A DNA stretch of 64,000 nt, from the NCBI RefSeq assembly GCF_006345805.1, contig NC_043012.1, forward strand, positions 34,472,001-34,536,000. The letters are read 5' to 3'. This DNA comes from Octopus sinensis (Eukaryota). Of the stretch, positions 24,753 to 38,399 are shown in pieces. The stretch's first letter is position 1. Each line of letters starts with the position of its first letter. The notes below the pieces were generated by a model. That model searched no databases, was not told where the DNA came from, and was given only the letters and a program-made list of their open reading frames with translations. The translations under genes were made by a program, and so were the position numbers.

Positions 24753-25400
24753 TCTCAGAACCTTCCAGTCGAGAGATTCCCACGCTATTATCCTTCTCTT
24801 CTCCACTTTGCCCGACCCCACCTTGGAATACTGCTGTCCACTGTGGTCTCCCTACACAAAACAAAATATTATGAGAATTGAAGCTCCCCAAAGGTCAATC
24901 ACAAAAAAGATAGATGCATGTCAGACCTTGACTACTGGGGTAGACTAGAGAAGCTGAAATGTATTCACTCCAACGACGCCGTGAACGCTACATTATCTGT
25001 ATGATGTGGAAAATATTCCATCAACACTGTCCGAATGATGTTTGGCATCACTTCAAAATACATCCAAGGCTGGACCACGTGCCATCCGTCCACAACAAAA
25101 ATCTAAATCACATCACATAACGACAATACGGCACAACTATTTCACCTCAATTGGACCCGCTCTCTTCAACATTACACCAGGACACGTCAAAAAAGAAAAC
25201 TGACCACAAAAATTCAAGAAGTCTTTGGACAAATTCCTTCAAACAGTACCGGACAAACCACCCACACCCGGTATGTCTCCGCAAACAATAACTCTCTGCT
25301 CGAATGGGCCTTGGTGCCCAAATCCTGAACTGAAAGACTTCGCCAGGTGGTGCTATTAAGTTAGACATGGCCTGGGCAATACTGGCCAAAACCTTTCTAA
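24749..25400 (+). mobile_element. CR1-clade LINE 3' fragment
   Basis: ILRTFQSRD...[11 protein letters not shown]...IEAPQR...LDYWGRLEKL..YSLQRRRERY..., with frameshifts. Confidence 0.85.
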
Positions 25401-25401
25401 G

Positions 25402-25455
<54 letters not shown>

Positions 25456-25525
25456 GTATATATATATATACATATGTATATATAGTATATATATATTATA
25501 TATATATACTAGTATATATATATAC

Positions 25526-25566
<41 letters not shown>

Positions 25567-26349
25567 CATACATACATACATAATATACACACACATATAT
25601 ATATGCATATACACATATATATATATATACATACATACACACATATATATATATATATATGTACATACACACACACACATATATATGTGTATATATATAT
25701 ATATTTATATATATATATATAATTATTATTATTATTAATAATAATAATAAAAAAAGGAGAAATAAGGACAAGAAAAATAACAACGCGAGGGCATGGTCAT
25801 TCAAAGTATTAATAAGGCGCTCAGGAAACCACTCTGTTTATAAATCCCTATATACTCTGAATCCACAGCATTTACCCGGCATTAGTTTAAAATTTTGTTA
25901 AAAAGTATCCATTTTTCTGGAAGTTACAAGGCATCAAAATCGGGGTACTCATCCGTAGATATCCCAACAAAAAACTATCCGGTGCTCACAGTAAAGAGCA
26001 ATAACTCTAGATTTTACTGCTTCAATTTGTGGAAACAAACTCCCGTCACCCGATTTACACAAAACTTGTTTTATTCCCTTTGAATTCACATTTCAGGAAT
26101 AATTTAATTTTCAGAGTAATTTCCCATTTTGCACCGGTTTGGCTGTATTAAATGACAAGCAAGCAATCATAGAGTTTTAGTATTAGTAGTAGTAGTAGTA
26201 GTAGTAGTATATATATATATATATATAATTATAATAAAGGGTAAAAATCATTAATGATTTTACCAAGGGGTCAGCGCGGAAATAAAATCCTTATACGTGA
26301 ATTTTACAAATATTATAATAATTATATGCATAATTATAACAGATTATAC

Positions 26350-26396
<47 letters not shown>

Positions 26397-26877
26397 GTAT
26401 GTATGTGTGTGTGTGTGTGCGCGCGCGCGCGTACGCGTTTGTATGTGTATATATTAGTATATATATATATATTAGTCTATATGTATATAGATATATTAGC
26501 GTATACGTATGTGCATGTATATTTGTATAAATATATGTATGTATGTGTGTGTGCATGTGTGTATGAGTGTGTGTGTGTGTGTGTGTATGTGTGTGCGAGT
26601 GTGTGTGTGTGTGGCGTATATAAACCGAGAGCATTGTATAGCAATAACGAACAATTTCAAGAATAATTTCAGGTTAAGAAATATGAACAAACTTTGACAG
26701 AATCTTTGCAAATTATGAATTGATAATGAAGTGGATAGGTTTGTTTTCGCAGTCTTGGAGAAAACCAGAAATTTCAATGACATGATGTGGCGGTCTTTGC
26801 ATGTAAAACCCAAATGTAGGAGGAACTGTTGTTGTATTGAAGCAATATCAAGGTTATTATTAAATTACGAATTAAGA

Positions 26878-27090
26878 CCACGAGCTGACAGAATCGTTAG
26901 CACACCGAGCAAAAATGCTTAGCGGCATTTCGGCCGTTAAAATCCGAGTTAAAATCCGCCGATGCCAAATTTGTCTTTCATCCATTCAGGGTCGATAAGA
27001 TAAATAACAGTAGAGCACTGGGGTTGATATAATTGACTTGTACCTTACCCTGAAATTGCAGGCCTTTTGTCAAAATTTGAAACCATTATT
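26878..27090 (+). mobile_element. Diverged SINE family A variant
   Basis: cgagctgacagaatcgttagcacaccgagcaaaaatgcttagcggcatttc...gaaattgcaggccttttgtcaaaatttgaaacc. Confidence 0.75.
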
Positions 27091-28099
27091 AAATTAATGA
27101 ATCATTAAAGAAAAATATGCAGACTGGCTTAATTTCTTAATTACAAACCAAGATAATTAGCATCGCTATTTTGATAAGTTACAACAAATATTTTCTTCCT
27201 TTGTTAATAGTTTATCGTAATGACAAGTGAAAGATCCATTAAAACAAACAACAGACGTTAGCAGTTATGCCTTTATTTTTCTGAACAGTTTTCTCCCTGA
27301 CGACAAATGGTTTGTCAGGAAACAGATACCGGTTATGTAATCACAATCCGCTCCAAATGTGGCTAAGGAAACGAATGACGCTTGTCTTAGATCTTTTAAG
27401 AAAATCATGCACAACAAATGGAATGAATGGACGGTATCTAGTGAACATTCGTTTATCTCTGCTGATAATACGCATGCGTATCAACCGTATGTGTGCTGCT
27501 CCCTAGGACTACTGTATGCCAGTGGGTAGTTTGGTTCATAGAATGGAATAAAAATGGAAACAATTGCGAAATCTTAAAAAAAATGTTCAATAAACAACGT
27601 GATAGACTGTAGCAAAGCCGATATTCTGTGAGGGGAGGAGGAGAATATCTCCTTAGCGAACTTCGTTCAACTGGTGATTGTTATACTGATGAACTGTACA
27701 ATCCTTATGACTTGGTTTTATCAATGACTGGGAATTATTGTTTAACAATAACACTGAAAAGGATTTTGAATCGGTGAGTATTACATAGATGAATGAAAAC
27801 TGAAGGATGTAGTGTGTACTGGTAAATAAAATGTACCTTGTATTTTAGTATTCATGTTTGTGCTTATTTCATATCTGTAGAAATACCGATATGCTAGATC
27901 ATTGTACCAATTGCTCAATATTAGTTTAATAATTGTTTCAATTGATTTTGGTTCTTTACCGGCTTTTTTTAAATATGTATTTTTACTTGTACATATGTAA
28001 CGTCTAAAGAACAATTTTTAAAAAATAATTTCGTATCTATTTGACTTAAAAACAGTAGAAAGCGTGTTGCTCATATCTCCATACTTTTCGACGGGAGCA

Positions 28100-28780
28100 T
28101 TGTCTTCGCTCCAATCAGTTGATTTCTGATTTGTTTATATATCAGGCTGAGTAAAAAGTAAGCAACGTTTGAAAACATTAAATTCATCACAATATATTTC
28201 AGAGCATTGTCATGAAGAATGATTGGCTCTCTTCTGTTGACCAGGAGAATTGTGATCTTATCCTCCAAGCCGTTTATTATGACTGCCACCAGCCAAGTGA
28301 GGTCTACTTCGGGTGAAATGTCTCCTACCTTAATCTTGGAAGTCCGTCATCTAAGATAAGTAGGTAGGAGTACAACCTCCGCCGTTTTTAATGGTGTTGT
28401 CGACGCTTGTTTTGCCTTTTCCACGGTTTTGAAACGGACTTCTATTGTGGCGTACTTCATTCCTCTTGTGACGTATACCACGTCGTTCCAAACTGGACAG
28501 AGACACAGCTCCACCGCCTCTTCACTTGCGTTGTCCAGATTTTCTTTTGCTTTGGTCACCAATGATTTGTATATCACGGTGTCTGCAGTGCATTATGCGT
28601 CGTTTCACTGGGAGGGGTAATCGCTGTTTCGCTCCCCTCGCTTTTCATTATACCTTTGTATTATCCGAGATTATCACTTCCACAATTTATTGTCTTTTAA
28701 GAGACACCAGCCGCTGCTGCAAAATTGCTAGCTTTTCTTCCTTGAATAAACTCCTCTTCTGTTGGCATGCCATTTAAAAT
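28100..28780 (-). mobile_element. Decayed ORF1-like (RRM/gag-type) region of an L1/Tx1-like LINE
   Basis: MPTEEEFIQGRKASNFAAAAG*...VVYVTRGMKYATIEVRFKTVEKAKQASTTPLKTAEVVLLPTYLR*RTSKIKVGDISPEVDLTWLVAVI; in-frame stops present. Confidence 0.45.
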
Positions 28781-29145
28781 TATGCTGCTGGTATTGATTT
28801 TGATAGGTGGCTTGTCCATTTCTTTTTCTTTTTTTCTTTTGAAAAGTACATTTTTCTCTTTATACAAGGGGGGAAAACGTTAGCCCAACAAAGTAGTAAT
28901 TCAACAGTGTAAATTCAACAAATTAACCACAAATATTACAACTTACACCAAACTTTTCGAACGACGTCACAAACATACACGAACAAGTCAAGATGATTGT
29001 AACAGTTTTTTTTATTGGCCACCAAGGGCCTTACATAGAAGAGACAGCACAAGGACAGACAAAACAATACATAGTGGGGACATAAAACATAAACGAATGA
29101 AAGATGAATTTATATAATAATGGGGGTGAAACGGCCACCCGAACC

Positions 29146-29400
29146 CTACTCTCGAGTGGTTACATTTAACAATTCTTTATAAAAAGTTTTTTTATCATTT
29201 TTTATCATATAAAATTTTACATTTTTTTTTACCAATTCACGTAAGGCATTAAATCCTTGTAATCTACGACCAGAGGTAGGGTATCGTACTCCAATCTCAA
29301 TGGGTCGATGTGTGAGCCAAACAATTCTTTTAGTTTGCGATATCTTTCTTTGTCTATTAGGATACATTTTGTGTTTTCAGAGTGCTCCTCAAGCCGGCAA
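29146..29400 (-). mobile_element. Possible ORF2 C-terminal remnant of an L1/Tx1-like LINE
   Basis: TKRIVWLTHR...LRELVKKNVKFYMIKNDKKTFYKELL loosely resembles the fragment at 1383. Confidence 0.3.
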
Positions 29401-30914
29401 TTTCACTCTTATCACCAATTTGAATTTGGTAATCTTACACCCAGTTGCCGTATTTTTGGAGCAGGCTTTATGTTTTTTGGGGTTTTCTATTCCGGCTCTT
29501 TCAGTTCTGAGTTCGAATCTCTCTATGGTCTATTTGGATGGCATTTGGGGTCATTTGTAATAGGCTGATCGCAGTACAACTGAAATGTCACATGCAAATA
29601 ACAGGTTGAATATTGATTTCTTATATAGATTCACATTTTAGGGGTAAGATATCATTAATTAAAGACTTGTGACAGTTTTTGACTTGTACTTATTGGCGTC
29701 GACCTAGAAAAGTAAAGTTGATTCTGGCGCTACTTGAACTCGCCCCCTAGAGTGGTTTAACTAAATAGCGCAAAAAGCATTGGGTCCGACGCTCAAATGA
29801 TTCTGCCAATACACCATTCTCAAGCTGGTAATTATTATTAAAAAAAAATAATTACAGAACATGTTTATATTAGTGATGTGACCACCTCTCACTCTATTTT
29901 ACTTGTTTAAAATCACTAATTTTGAAGCCAAACATTTGTCGATTATTTTTTTTACATAACTGATACATGCAGCAGATCAACATAATCTATCAAAGTGATT
30001 AAAGCGTTTGATAGATTGGGGCTATGTCATTAACAACGGATGATTTGAAAATATTCTTTATAGTGGACGGTAAAATTATAAAAATACAGCAAAAGTAAAT
30101 GGAAAAAGAATATGAAAAAAGAGGCGGTTTAAGTGTCAGAAAAATGAAATGATATTAATTGAATGATCGATTGACAGAGAAATTTGTTGAAAACGTAATG
30201 AAAGGAGCAAAGATAATAAATTATTTAACTATTTTTTTTAAAGAGCAAATCTGTGTGTTTATGGGTAAAAGAGAAAATAAAGAGTGTGAAAGAAAGATAG
30301 GAAGGTTTAGAGAGGGAATCTAGTGAGAGAGACGAAGAAAGTGTTAAGGAGGGGGAACAGAGGAATAGTGTTAGAGATAGGGAGAGAGCGATTGATTAGA
30401 AATATTCCGGTGTATAATATTCCAGCGTTGTTGTAGTTTAGATGCATTTTTAGCTTGCTCCTCAGTGCACTCGGACACCACGTAGAAAAGTGCTGCAAAA
30501 TTGGTTGAGACGGATTCGAGGAATAACAAATAAGCAGCCTAGAATACCTTTTCCCCTTTTGTTTATTGTATGGGATTTAATTCACAGGAAGTTTTGAGAC
30601 ACAGCAGTAAACACTAATGAAACGAACTAATGAGAAAGCCTCAAAGTGATCGCTGGAGCTGCTAGGAATAGAAGTTGCATGTCACTCACAGGACAATGAA
30701 ACAATATATTCGACATTGTTGTCCTTCTTAATCTTAATAAAAAGATAGTCACGCCCGGAATGCGTTTGTTCACAAATGGTTAACTTGGTTTAAACCAGGT
30801 TGTTTACCTCTTAACCTGGCTTATTGTTTGGACCACGTGATTGATTTGTGTTAAACAAAAACACAAATGTGATTGCTGTCATTGTTGACATAATTAGTGG
30901 TTTTTTGTTTCTTC

Positions 30915-31195
30915 TCGAGCCATGCCTGGCTTATAAGGGCCGGTTTCCCGGTTTCTTGGCGTATAGGTTCCCCACCTGCGACGGGACGCCGGTCCGTCGC
31001 AGGTGAGCTGCAAGGTGCAGGAGGAAAGAGTGAGAGAAGATTGTAGCGGAAGAATCAGCAGAAGTTTTGCCATTACCTTCTGCCGGAGCCGCGTGGTGCT
31101 TAAGTGTTTCGCTCATAAACACACACATCGCCCGGTCTGAGATTCGAACCGGCGATCCCTCGACCGCGAGTCCTCTGCTCTAACTACTAGGCCAT
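30915..31195 (-). mobile_element. SINE family C variant
   Basis: tRNA-like head tggcctagtagttagagcagaggactcgcggtcgagggatcgccggttcgaatctc on the minus strand. Confidence 0.8.
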
Positions 31196-31859
31196 GTTTG
31201 TTACTGTGATGTGGTGACGATAGAAGTGGAAGTTGGCGTACATTGTTAACATATTCATAGAAAAATGTCGAACGTAGTACGCAGCTTACGAAACTCGTCA
31301 ATTTTGAAATGCTGTCAATATTAATAGTGGTGAACTATAACTCCTTAATGTGGCTGCTTATAATCTGGAGGACTGGACTATTGCAAATTGTGACTTGGCT
31401 ACCGACACTTGATCGGATATACATAGCTGACACCTCAGCAGGTGGTTATCAAGTACTATTTTGACTCGCTGATCTCAGTCTGTTCACAATATAAACCCCC
31501 ACCTTTATGATAAGCAAATCGTAATATTTTCCAGAGTTTAACCACGCTGAAAAGACCGCGAACGTTAATAAATAGGATTAAGAAATTGAGTTGCAGGAAA
31601 AAGATTAAATATCATTGTCTATATGACAGCTATTCCATTATCTGATGCAAGTTAACTTATCAAATAACTTCACTGCATTACCGTAAAATGGAGCAATGAA
31701 CTGTACAGATGCTCGCGAATGTTAGCCACAAATACAGCACAGGACTAATGACATGATAAAGAAAAAATGTCGTATCTCTTAGAATAAGGTGGGCGAAAAA
31801 GCTGTTGAAAAGTAAGTGTATTGGCCTCTGACACAGAACCATTGATGGTACAAACTGAA

Positions 31860-32030
31860 TCGGAAAAAATGCTTTGCGGTATTTCTCCCCAACCCTTGTG
31901 AGGTATACGTCGAGATTAACTTTGTCTTTCTTCCCTCTGGGAGCGATAAAATAAAACACCAGCCAAATTCTGGGATCGATGTAATCGACGTACTCACTTC
32001 CAATAAAATTTCTAACCTTCTACCTAAGTT
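31860..32030 (-). mobile_element. Diverged SINE family A variant
   Basis: aaccttctacctaagtt / aattctgggatcgatgtaatcgac / aactttgtctttcttccctctgggagcgataaaata. Confidence 0.6.
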
Positions 32031-32944
32031 AAAAACACCACCACCACCATCATTATCATCATCATCATCTTTCACTTTTTTAGCATTTTTCTGACACATA
32101 CATCAAATTAGAACAACAAAATTTCCACTCCCAGCAAGCTCGTACATCACACATTATTCAAACAAAGAAATATCTTACCTAGTGACTAATCTTACTTTAA
32201 AGTTCTGTTATTGTTAAGTAACCGTTCTCACCACACCTTCACACTCGCACTAACTTGTCATACCACGTCACCTATTGTAGCTGCTGATGACACTACCAAA
32301 TTTAATCAACCACAACTACTTGTACAGTTGATATCACAAACAAATTCAAGCAATACCTTTTACCTTAACACTCTGGAATAACCTGCCGATAACATATTTC
32401 TTCGGACACTTTAAATTTTTTCTTTTATTTGAAAAGGGGAATTTTTCTCGAAATTTTATAGGATCATTAAATAATCTTTTCTCTTTGTGTTCATTTATTG
32501 GCATCACCTAAACTATTTTAGTTAATTAGTCACCTGCATTGCTCAAAGGTTTCGCAAACATTTATCTCATTTACACATATTGCAATACTTCAAGAAAATT
32601 TTGGCACTTTTTAGTAAATTGATTAGATAAAATTTATAAATAAATTTAACCAATTTTTCAACATATCTTCTTAATAAAGCTTTCTGTCTTTCTATCGCTT
32701 TTTCTTCCAGGCTGACACACTTTACTCTTCTCTCTTCTTTTATCCTCTTCTTTCTATTCTCACTTCGACACATCACCTACACTACTGTTTCTCGTCTGAC
32801 TACATCGTTGAATTTAATGATAGTTATTTTTTTTATGTTTTGGATGTAAATACTATGATAGTGAATAAATTGTTCAAATTTCTTGGCTGAACTATAAAAG
32901 CTGGTCAAATAGTGTTCCTAATAAATACAATATATCTTTATCGT

Positions 32945-33129
32945 TTACATGATTCAACCATTGAGCTGCGGCCATGCTGGGGCACCACCTCGACGTTTTT
33001 AGTCGAACTAATCGGCTCCAGTAGCTATTTTTAAACCCTGGTAGTTATTCTACCGGTCTATTAAGCCAAAACGCTAAGTTACAAAGACATAAACAAAGCA
33101 ACACCGGTTGTCAAGTGATGACGGAAGAT

Positions 33130-33176
<47 letters not shown>

Positions 33177-33320
33177 CGTCGGGCTTCTTTCTGTTTTCCT
33201 CTACCAAATTTACTCACAAGGCTTTCGTCGGCTCGAGGCTATAATAGAAGGCACTTGCAAGGTGCCATGTAGTAGGTCTGAATCCAGGAACATGTAGCTG
33301 GGAAGCACACTTCTCATCAC
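32945..33320 (-). mobile_element. SINE family B with internal (TA/CA)n
   Basis: Head (cacaaggctttcgtcggctcgaggctataatagaaggcacttgc), microsatellite, and tail (gcggccatgctggggcacc...gctaagttac...ggttgtcaag). Confidence 0.8.
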
Positions 33321-33395
33321 ATATTCACGCCTGCATTTATATACCAAATATAATGAGTATTTTCAAGAATTGTGGATTCACCAATCATACTATTA

Positions 33396-33444
<49 letters not shown>

Positions 33445-33448
<4 letters not shown>

Positions 33449-33650
33449 TCGCCATGATAGATCGTTCGCCACTACACACATTTTTTCGCTCCTTTTTTCT
33501 CTCCTTGTTTTTTTCTGTGTCCCTTTCTGTATAAGAGCGTTGGCTCGAAATGTAAAATACTTTTTTCTATTCCTGAGCATTATACTAATACATCTGTTTG
33601 TTTTGTACACCACCTGTCTTCGTCTTTTGTTTTTTTCGTAAACTCTCCTA
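33445..33650 (+). mobile_element. Short Penelope-type repeat with a variant hammerhead-like motif (33521-33560)
   Basis: ccctttCTGTATAagagcgttggctcGAAAtgtaaaatac; homologous to 45655-45810, 57630-57760 and 58915-59100. Confidence 0.6.
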
Positions 33651-33664
33651 TATATATATGTGTG

Positions 33665-33742
<78 letters not shown>

Positions 33743-35125
33743 AATATATATATGAGACCCTCTCGCAGAAGCCGCTATTCCGGAGAGCCTAGGCATGATA
33801 ATTAAAGATATCATCATTAGCCGATAGGTTAGAAATCCTAATTCAAACACCAATCATAATACTATTCTATATTTTTGAGATGAGGAATTATGTATATTAT
33901 TTACAATGGACGGATAGATGTCCTCGTCTTGTTTGTTGTTATCGCAAACAAGATGAGGGCACCTATCCGTCTATTGTAAATAATGTACCAGTCACAATGC
34001 TATTAATTAAATGGCTAATCTAGAGTGATTAGATAGGACATTAATTAATTGTAGCGAATCATTCGGTTTATGCTGAGGATAATAGAGCTAAACATCTTAG
34101 TCAAGAGTCACGTCTAAGAAGTTCGCTAATTTAGTGCTATTTCAAGAAAAAAAAGGTAGATAATAATTCTTAGAAACCATGGAGGTCCTTCTGGGTACTT
34201 CAACGGACGGTTGGGACATACTGTTGGCTGTGAGAAGAGCATCATTCTTGTAAAACCCCCGGATATGCTAGGGAAGTGCTGGTTTATTTGAGAGAGAAGG
34301 AAAAGACCGACTTGACCTTATCATTTGTCTGGCATTTCAACTAACACAAAGGAATGTGTCCTACATCCAAAGGAGACATTAAATCCACCACCGTAACAAT
34401 AGTGCAAGCTATCAAAGGGACTTTCATGTAGTCATTTCATTTGCTAAATATAGCAACCAAATTTCTCGCAAATCACATCTTACCAGTTCAAAAAACGAAA
34501 GATACAGAAGATAATATAGTAATATATATAGAAAAAATATGGGATGGGCACGGATGGAAGACATTAATTATATGTTGCTTCGATCTAGTCTGATTTGGTG
34601 CTAAAAACAACAAGAAACGTAGAGTTGAAAGACGACAAATACTACAACCATCACAACAGCACTGCCGCTGTTGCTGCTGCTGCTGCTGATGGTGAAGGTG
34701 ATGATGAAGGTAGTGATGATAATAATGACGATAATAGAAATATCAAAATGTTTTTAGAGATATTTGTTATTTTACGGAAGACTACATCTAAACGAAATCT
34801 GTGACAAAGTTTGTCAAGATCCGCCTCTTGTGTGAGGAAACACCCTCCGTTCTCACATTAAGGTGGCGTTTGTGAACAGCAGCAGCAGCAGCAGCAGCAT
34901 CCATCCATGCCATTCGCACTGCCTCTCCATCTCATCCTTCACATATGCCTTGGTTCACCTCCTAAGGTGCTTGTTTTCATTCGTCATTTTTGTTTATATA
35001 TATTTTCTTCCTGGCAGAAGGCGGTGCTCCAGAATGGCCGTAACCACGCAGCATAAAGCAAACTGAATCTGTCTACTTATTTACCAGTCTATCGTTCTCT
35101 CCTCTGATTCTTTCTTTCTCTCACG

Positions 35126-35160
<35 letters not shown>

Positions 35161-35889
35161 ATTCGTCTTTCTCTTTTTTCTCACCGTAACGCAATTTCTC
35201 TTCTCTCCGTCTCCTTAAATACCTAGCTAGAAATAGCAGCCAAATATTACTGAAATTCCACTCTATTTTCTTAATGAAGTGAGCAACACATTGGACGACG
35301 TGAATACAAACATATAAATAGACGGAATGGTCATGGATGGAATTCCTTTCATTATAATCTGCTCGATCACAACTGAGCTGCTATTGAAGAGTCTGTACAA
35401 AGAGAGTACACACGCATGTATAGAAATACATATATACAAACATATATGTATATATATATATGAGTAAATGTACACATATATGCATGTATATACATATAAC
35501 TGTGATTTTATACGTAAGTATGTACTCACACATATACAGAGGTCGGCTTAATACAAACGGATTACTGAGGATCGGAAGGGCTAGGGGAGAGAGTCTGTAC
35601 ATCTACATACACACACACATATATACATATATGCATATATATATATATATATTATATATATATATATTATATATATATATTATATATATTAATATATATA
35701 TGTATTATATATATGTATATATATATATATATGTATATTATATATATATGTATATATATATATATGATATATAATATATGTATATATATATATGTATATA
35801 TAATATATGTATATATAATTATGTATATATATATATATATGTAATATATATATATGTATATATATATATATATGTATATATATATGTAC

Positions 35890-35924
<35 letters not shown>

Positions 35925-35926
<2 letters not shown>

Positions 35927-36089
35927 GTGTAGGCGTAGCGCTGTGGTAAGAAGTTTGCTTCCTAAGTACATGGTTCCGGGTACAGTCCCACTGCATGGCA
36001 CTCTGGACAAGATTCTTCTGTATAGCCATGGACCGACCAAAGACATATGAGAGGATTTGGTAGGCCGTAACTGAAAGAAGCCCGTGTTG

Positions 36090-36141
<52 letters not shown>

Positions 36142-36368
36142 GTGTGTGTATGTGTGTGCGTGCGTCTTTATCCCCCCCCATAGTTTGACAATCGGTGTTA
36201 GTGTGTTTAAGTACATATAATGTAGCGGTTCGAGAAAAGAGTTCGATAAAGTAAGTACCAGGCTTAAGAAATAATAAGTACGGGGGTTGATTCGTCCCCG
36301 ATTAAATTCTTCTAGAGGTGCCCCAGGATGGCTGCAGTCTAATGGTTGAAATTGGTAAAAAGCATAAA
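35925..36368 (+). mobile_element. SINE family B with internal (TA)n
   Basis: ggcgtagcgctgtggtaagaagtttgcttcc...gaaagaagcccg(TA)n...ggctgcagtctaatggttgaaa. Confidence 0.85.
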
Positions 36369-36456
36369 ATAACTGATGAGTTCCATATATATATATATAT
36401 AGATATATATATATATATATTATATATATATATCTAATATATATATATTATAATAT

Positions 36457-36501
<45 letters not shown>

Positions 36502-36558
36502 CATACATATTATATATATATATATATAGTGTACATACATACATACATGTATATATAC

Positions 36559-36592
<34 letters not shown>

Positions 36593-36696
36593 GATATATG
36601 TGTACATACATACATACATGTATATATACTATATATATATATATAATATATAATATATATATATATATATATATACATACATAATACATACATACA

Positions 36697-36730
<34 letters not shown>

Positions 36731-36881
36731 ACATATATAAATTATTATTTGGACAAATACGCATAATTCGATGAGCGTGTTTAAATGTCGAGTAGAGCAC
36801 CGGCACAATTTCAGCTACCTGTTGCCATTTTATATATTTATGTATTTACATCCATTATAAATATATATATATATATATATA

Positions 36882-37232
36882 TTTAGTGAAGGAAAGAAAT
36901 GGAGCTGAACGAAGATTCTACAGAATTCCTTTTATTATTTTCTACACATGTTTCAAAGGTCGCAAATTTCCAAATTCTGATTGAATAAGGAGACCATTTT
37001 GCAGCATTCTCTTCAGGAAAATCCAGGAATTTAAAAATCCAAAACAAATGCGCAGCAAGGTATTCGAACAAAACGCTCCTTAGGAGCCCATGAAAGAATG
37101 AAGAGAATGCTGAAAAATGGTCTCCTTATTCAATCAGAATTTGGAAATTTGCGACCTTTGAAACATGTGTAGAAAATAATAAAAGGAATTCTGTAGAATC
37201 TTCGTTCAGCTCCATTTCTTTCCTTCACTAAA
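36882..37232. repeat. 134-bp near-perfect inverted repeat (1 mismatch) with 83-bp spacer, TA-flanked
   Basis: 36882-37015 is the reverse complement of 37099-37232 except at one position. Confidence 0.95.
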
Positions 37233-37386
37233 TATATTAAACTTCAATTATCCGCGCTAAGGCACGGTTGCGACACCCCAAGGTCGTAACTTCAACCGTG
37301 TTTTTTTTGTTGTGATTCTTGCTACCCAGGTATCGGTTAATTTTGAATAATCCTTAACAAGATAATTCATTTATCCATTTCAATAA

Positions 37387-37495
<109 letters not shown>

Positions 37496-37680
37496 CATAT
37501 ATATGTTAATATTTATGTATGTATATATATATGTATATGTGTATGTATATATATATGTATATATATATATGTATATATATATATATGTATGAATATATAT
37601 ATATATATGTATGTATATATGCATCTATGTGTATGTATATGTATCTATATATATATATACAATGGATGTAAATACATAAA

Positions 37681-38058
37681 TCTCTCTATATATAAACGGC
37701 AGTTTGTCTGTGCGTGCTTCTGTGTGTCTGTTTGCTTGTACCCTCACCCTGACCACGGCTTTCAACCGATTCTGATGAAACTTGACACACACATAGCCCA
37801 ATGTCATAATTCAAAACTAACGCAGCGAAAATTTTGAAAAGTTCCCCCAGTTCTGAAAAAAATCGATAAATTCGACATAGGGTCGAGAATCATAAACACA
37901 AACTGTCTAGGGGACGCAACTCCACCTTTTTTAATTTAAAATAAAAAATTTACCATCATTTTCTTCCATTTTTTTGCTATTTTTTGGCTATAACTCTCTA
38001 AAAATGCTTTATAGTTATTTCCCTTACAAACCTGAGCAACGCCGGGCGATACTGCTAG
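37681..38058 (+). mobile_element. Complete non-autonomous Helitron (378 bp)
   Basis: A|TCTCTCTATATATAAAC...cctgagcaacgccgggcgatactgCTAG|T: 5' TC, subterminal GC-rich hairpin, 3' CTAG, AT target and no TSD. Confidence 0.9.
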
Positions 38059-38399
38059 TATATATATATATATGTAAATGGATATATGTATGTGTATATA
38101 TGTATATATATGTATGTATATATATGTATATATATATAGATATATGTATACATATGTATATGTATGTATATGATAGAATAAGTACTAGGCTTACAAAGAA
38201 TAAGTCCTGTGGGGGGGGGGGCGATTTGCTCGACTAAAGTCGGTGCTCCAGCATGGCTGCAGTCAAATGACTGAAAAAATAAAAGAATAAAAGAATACCG
38301 CAAAGTAAATTAAATTACATTAAATTAACGGTTACTCAAAATTCACTCTCAGTGCATTGTGCAAAATTACATTTATATGTTAGTTAGTTAGTTAATTTT

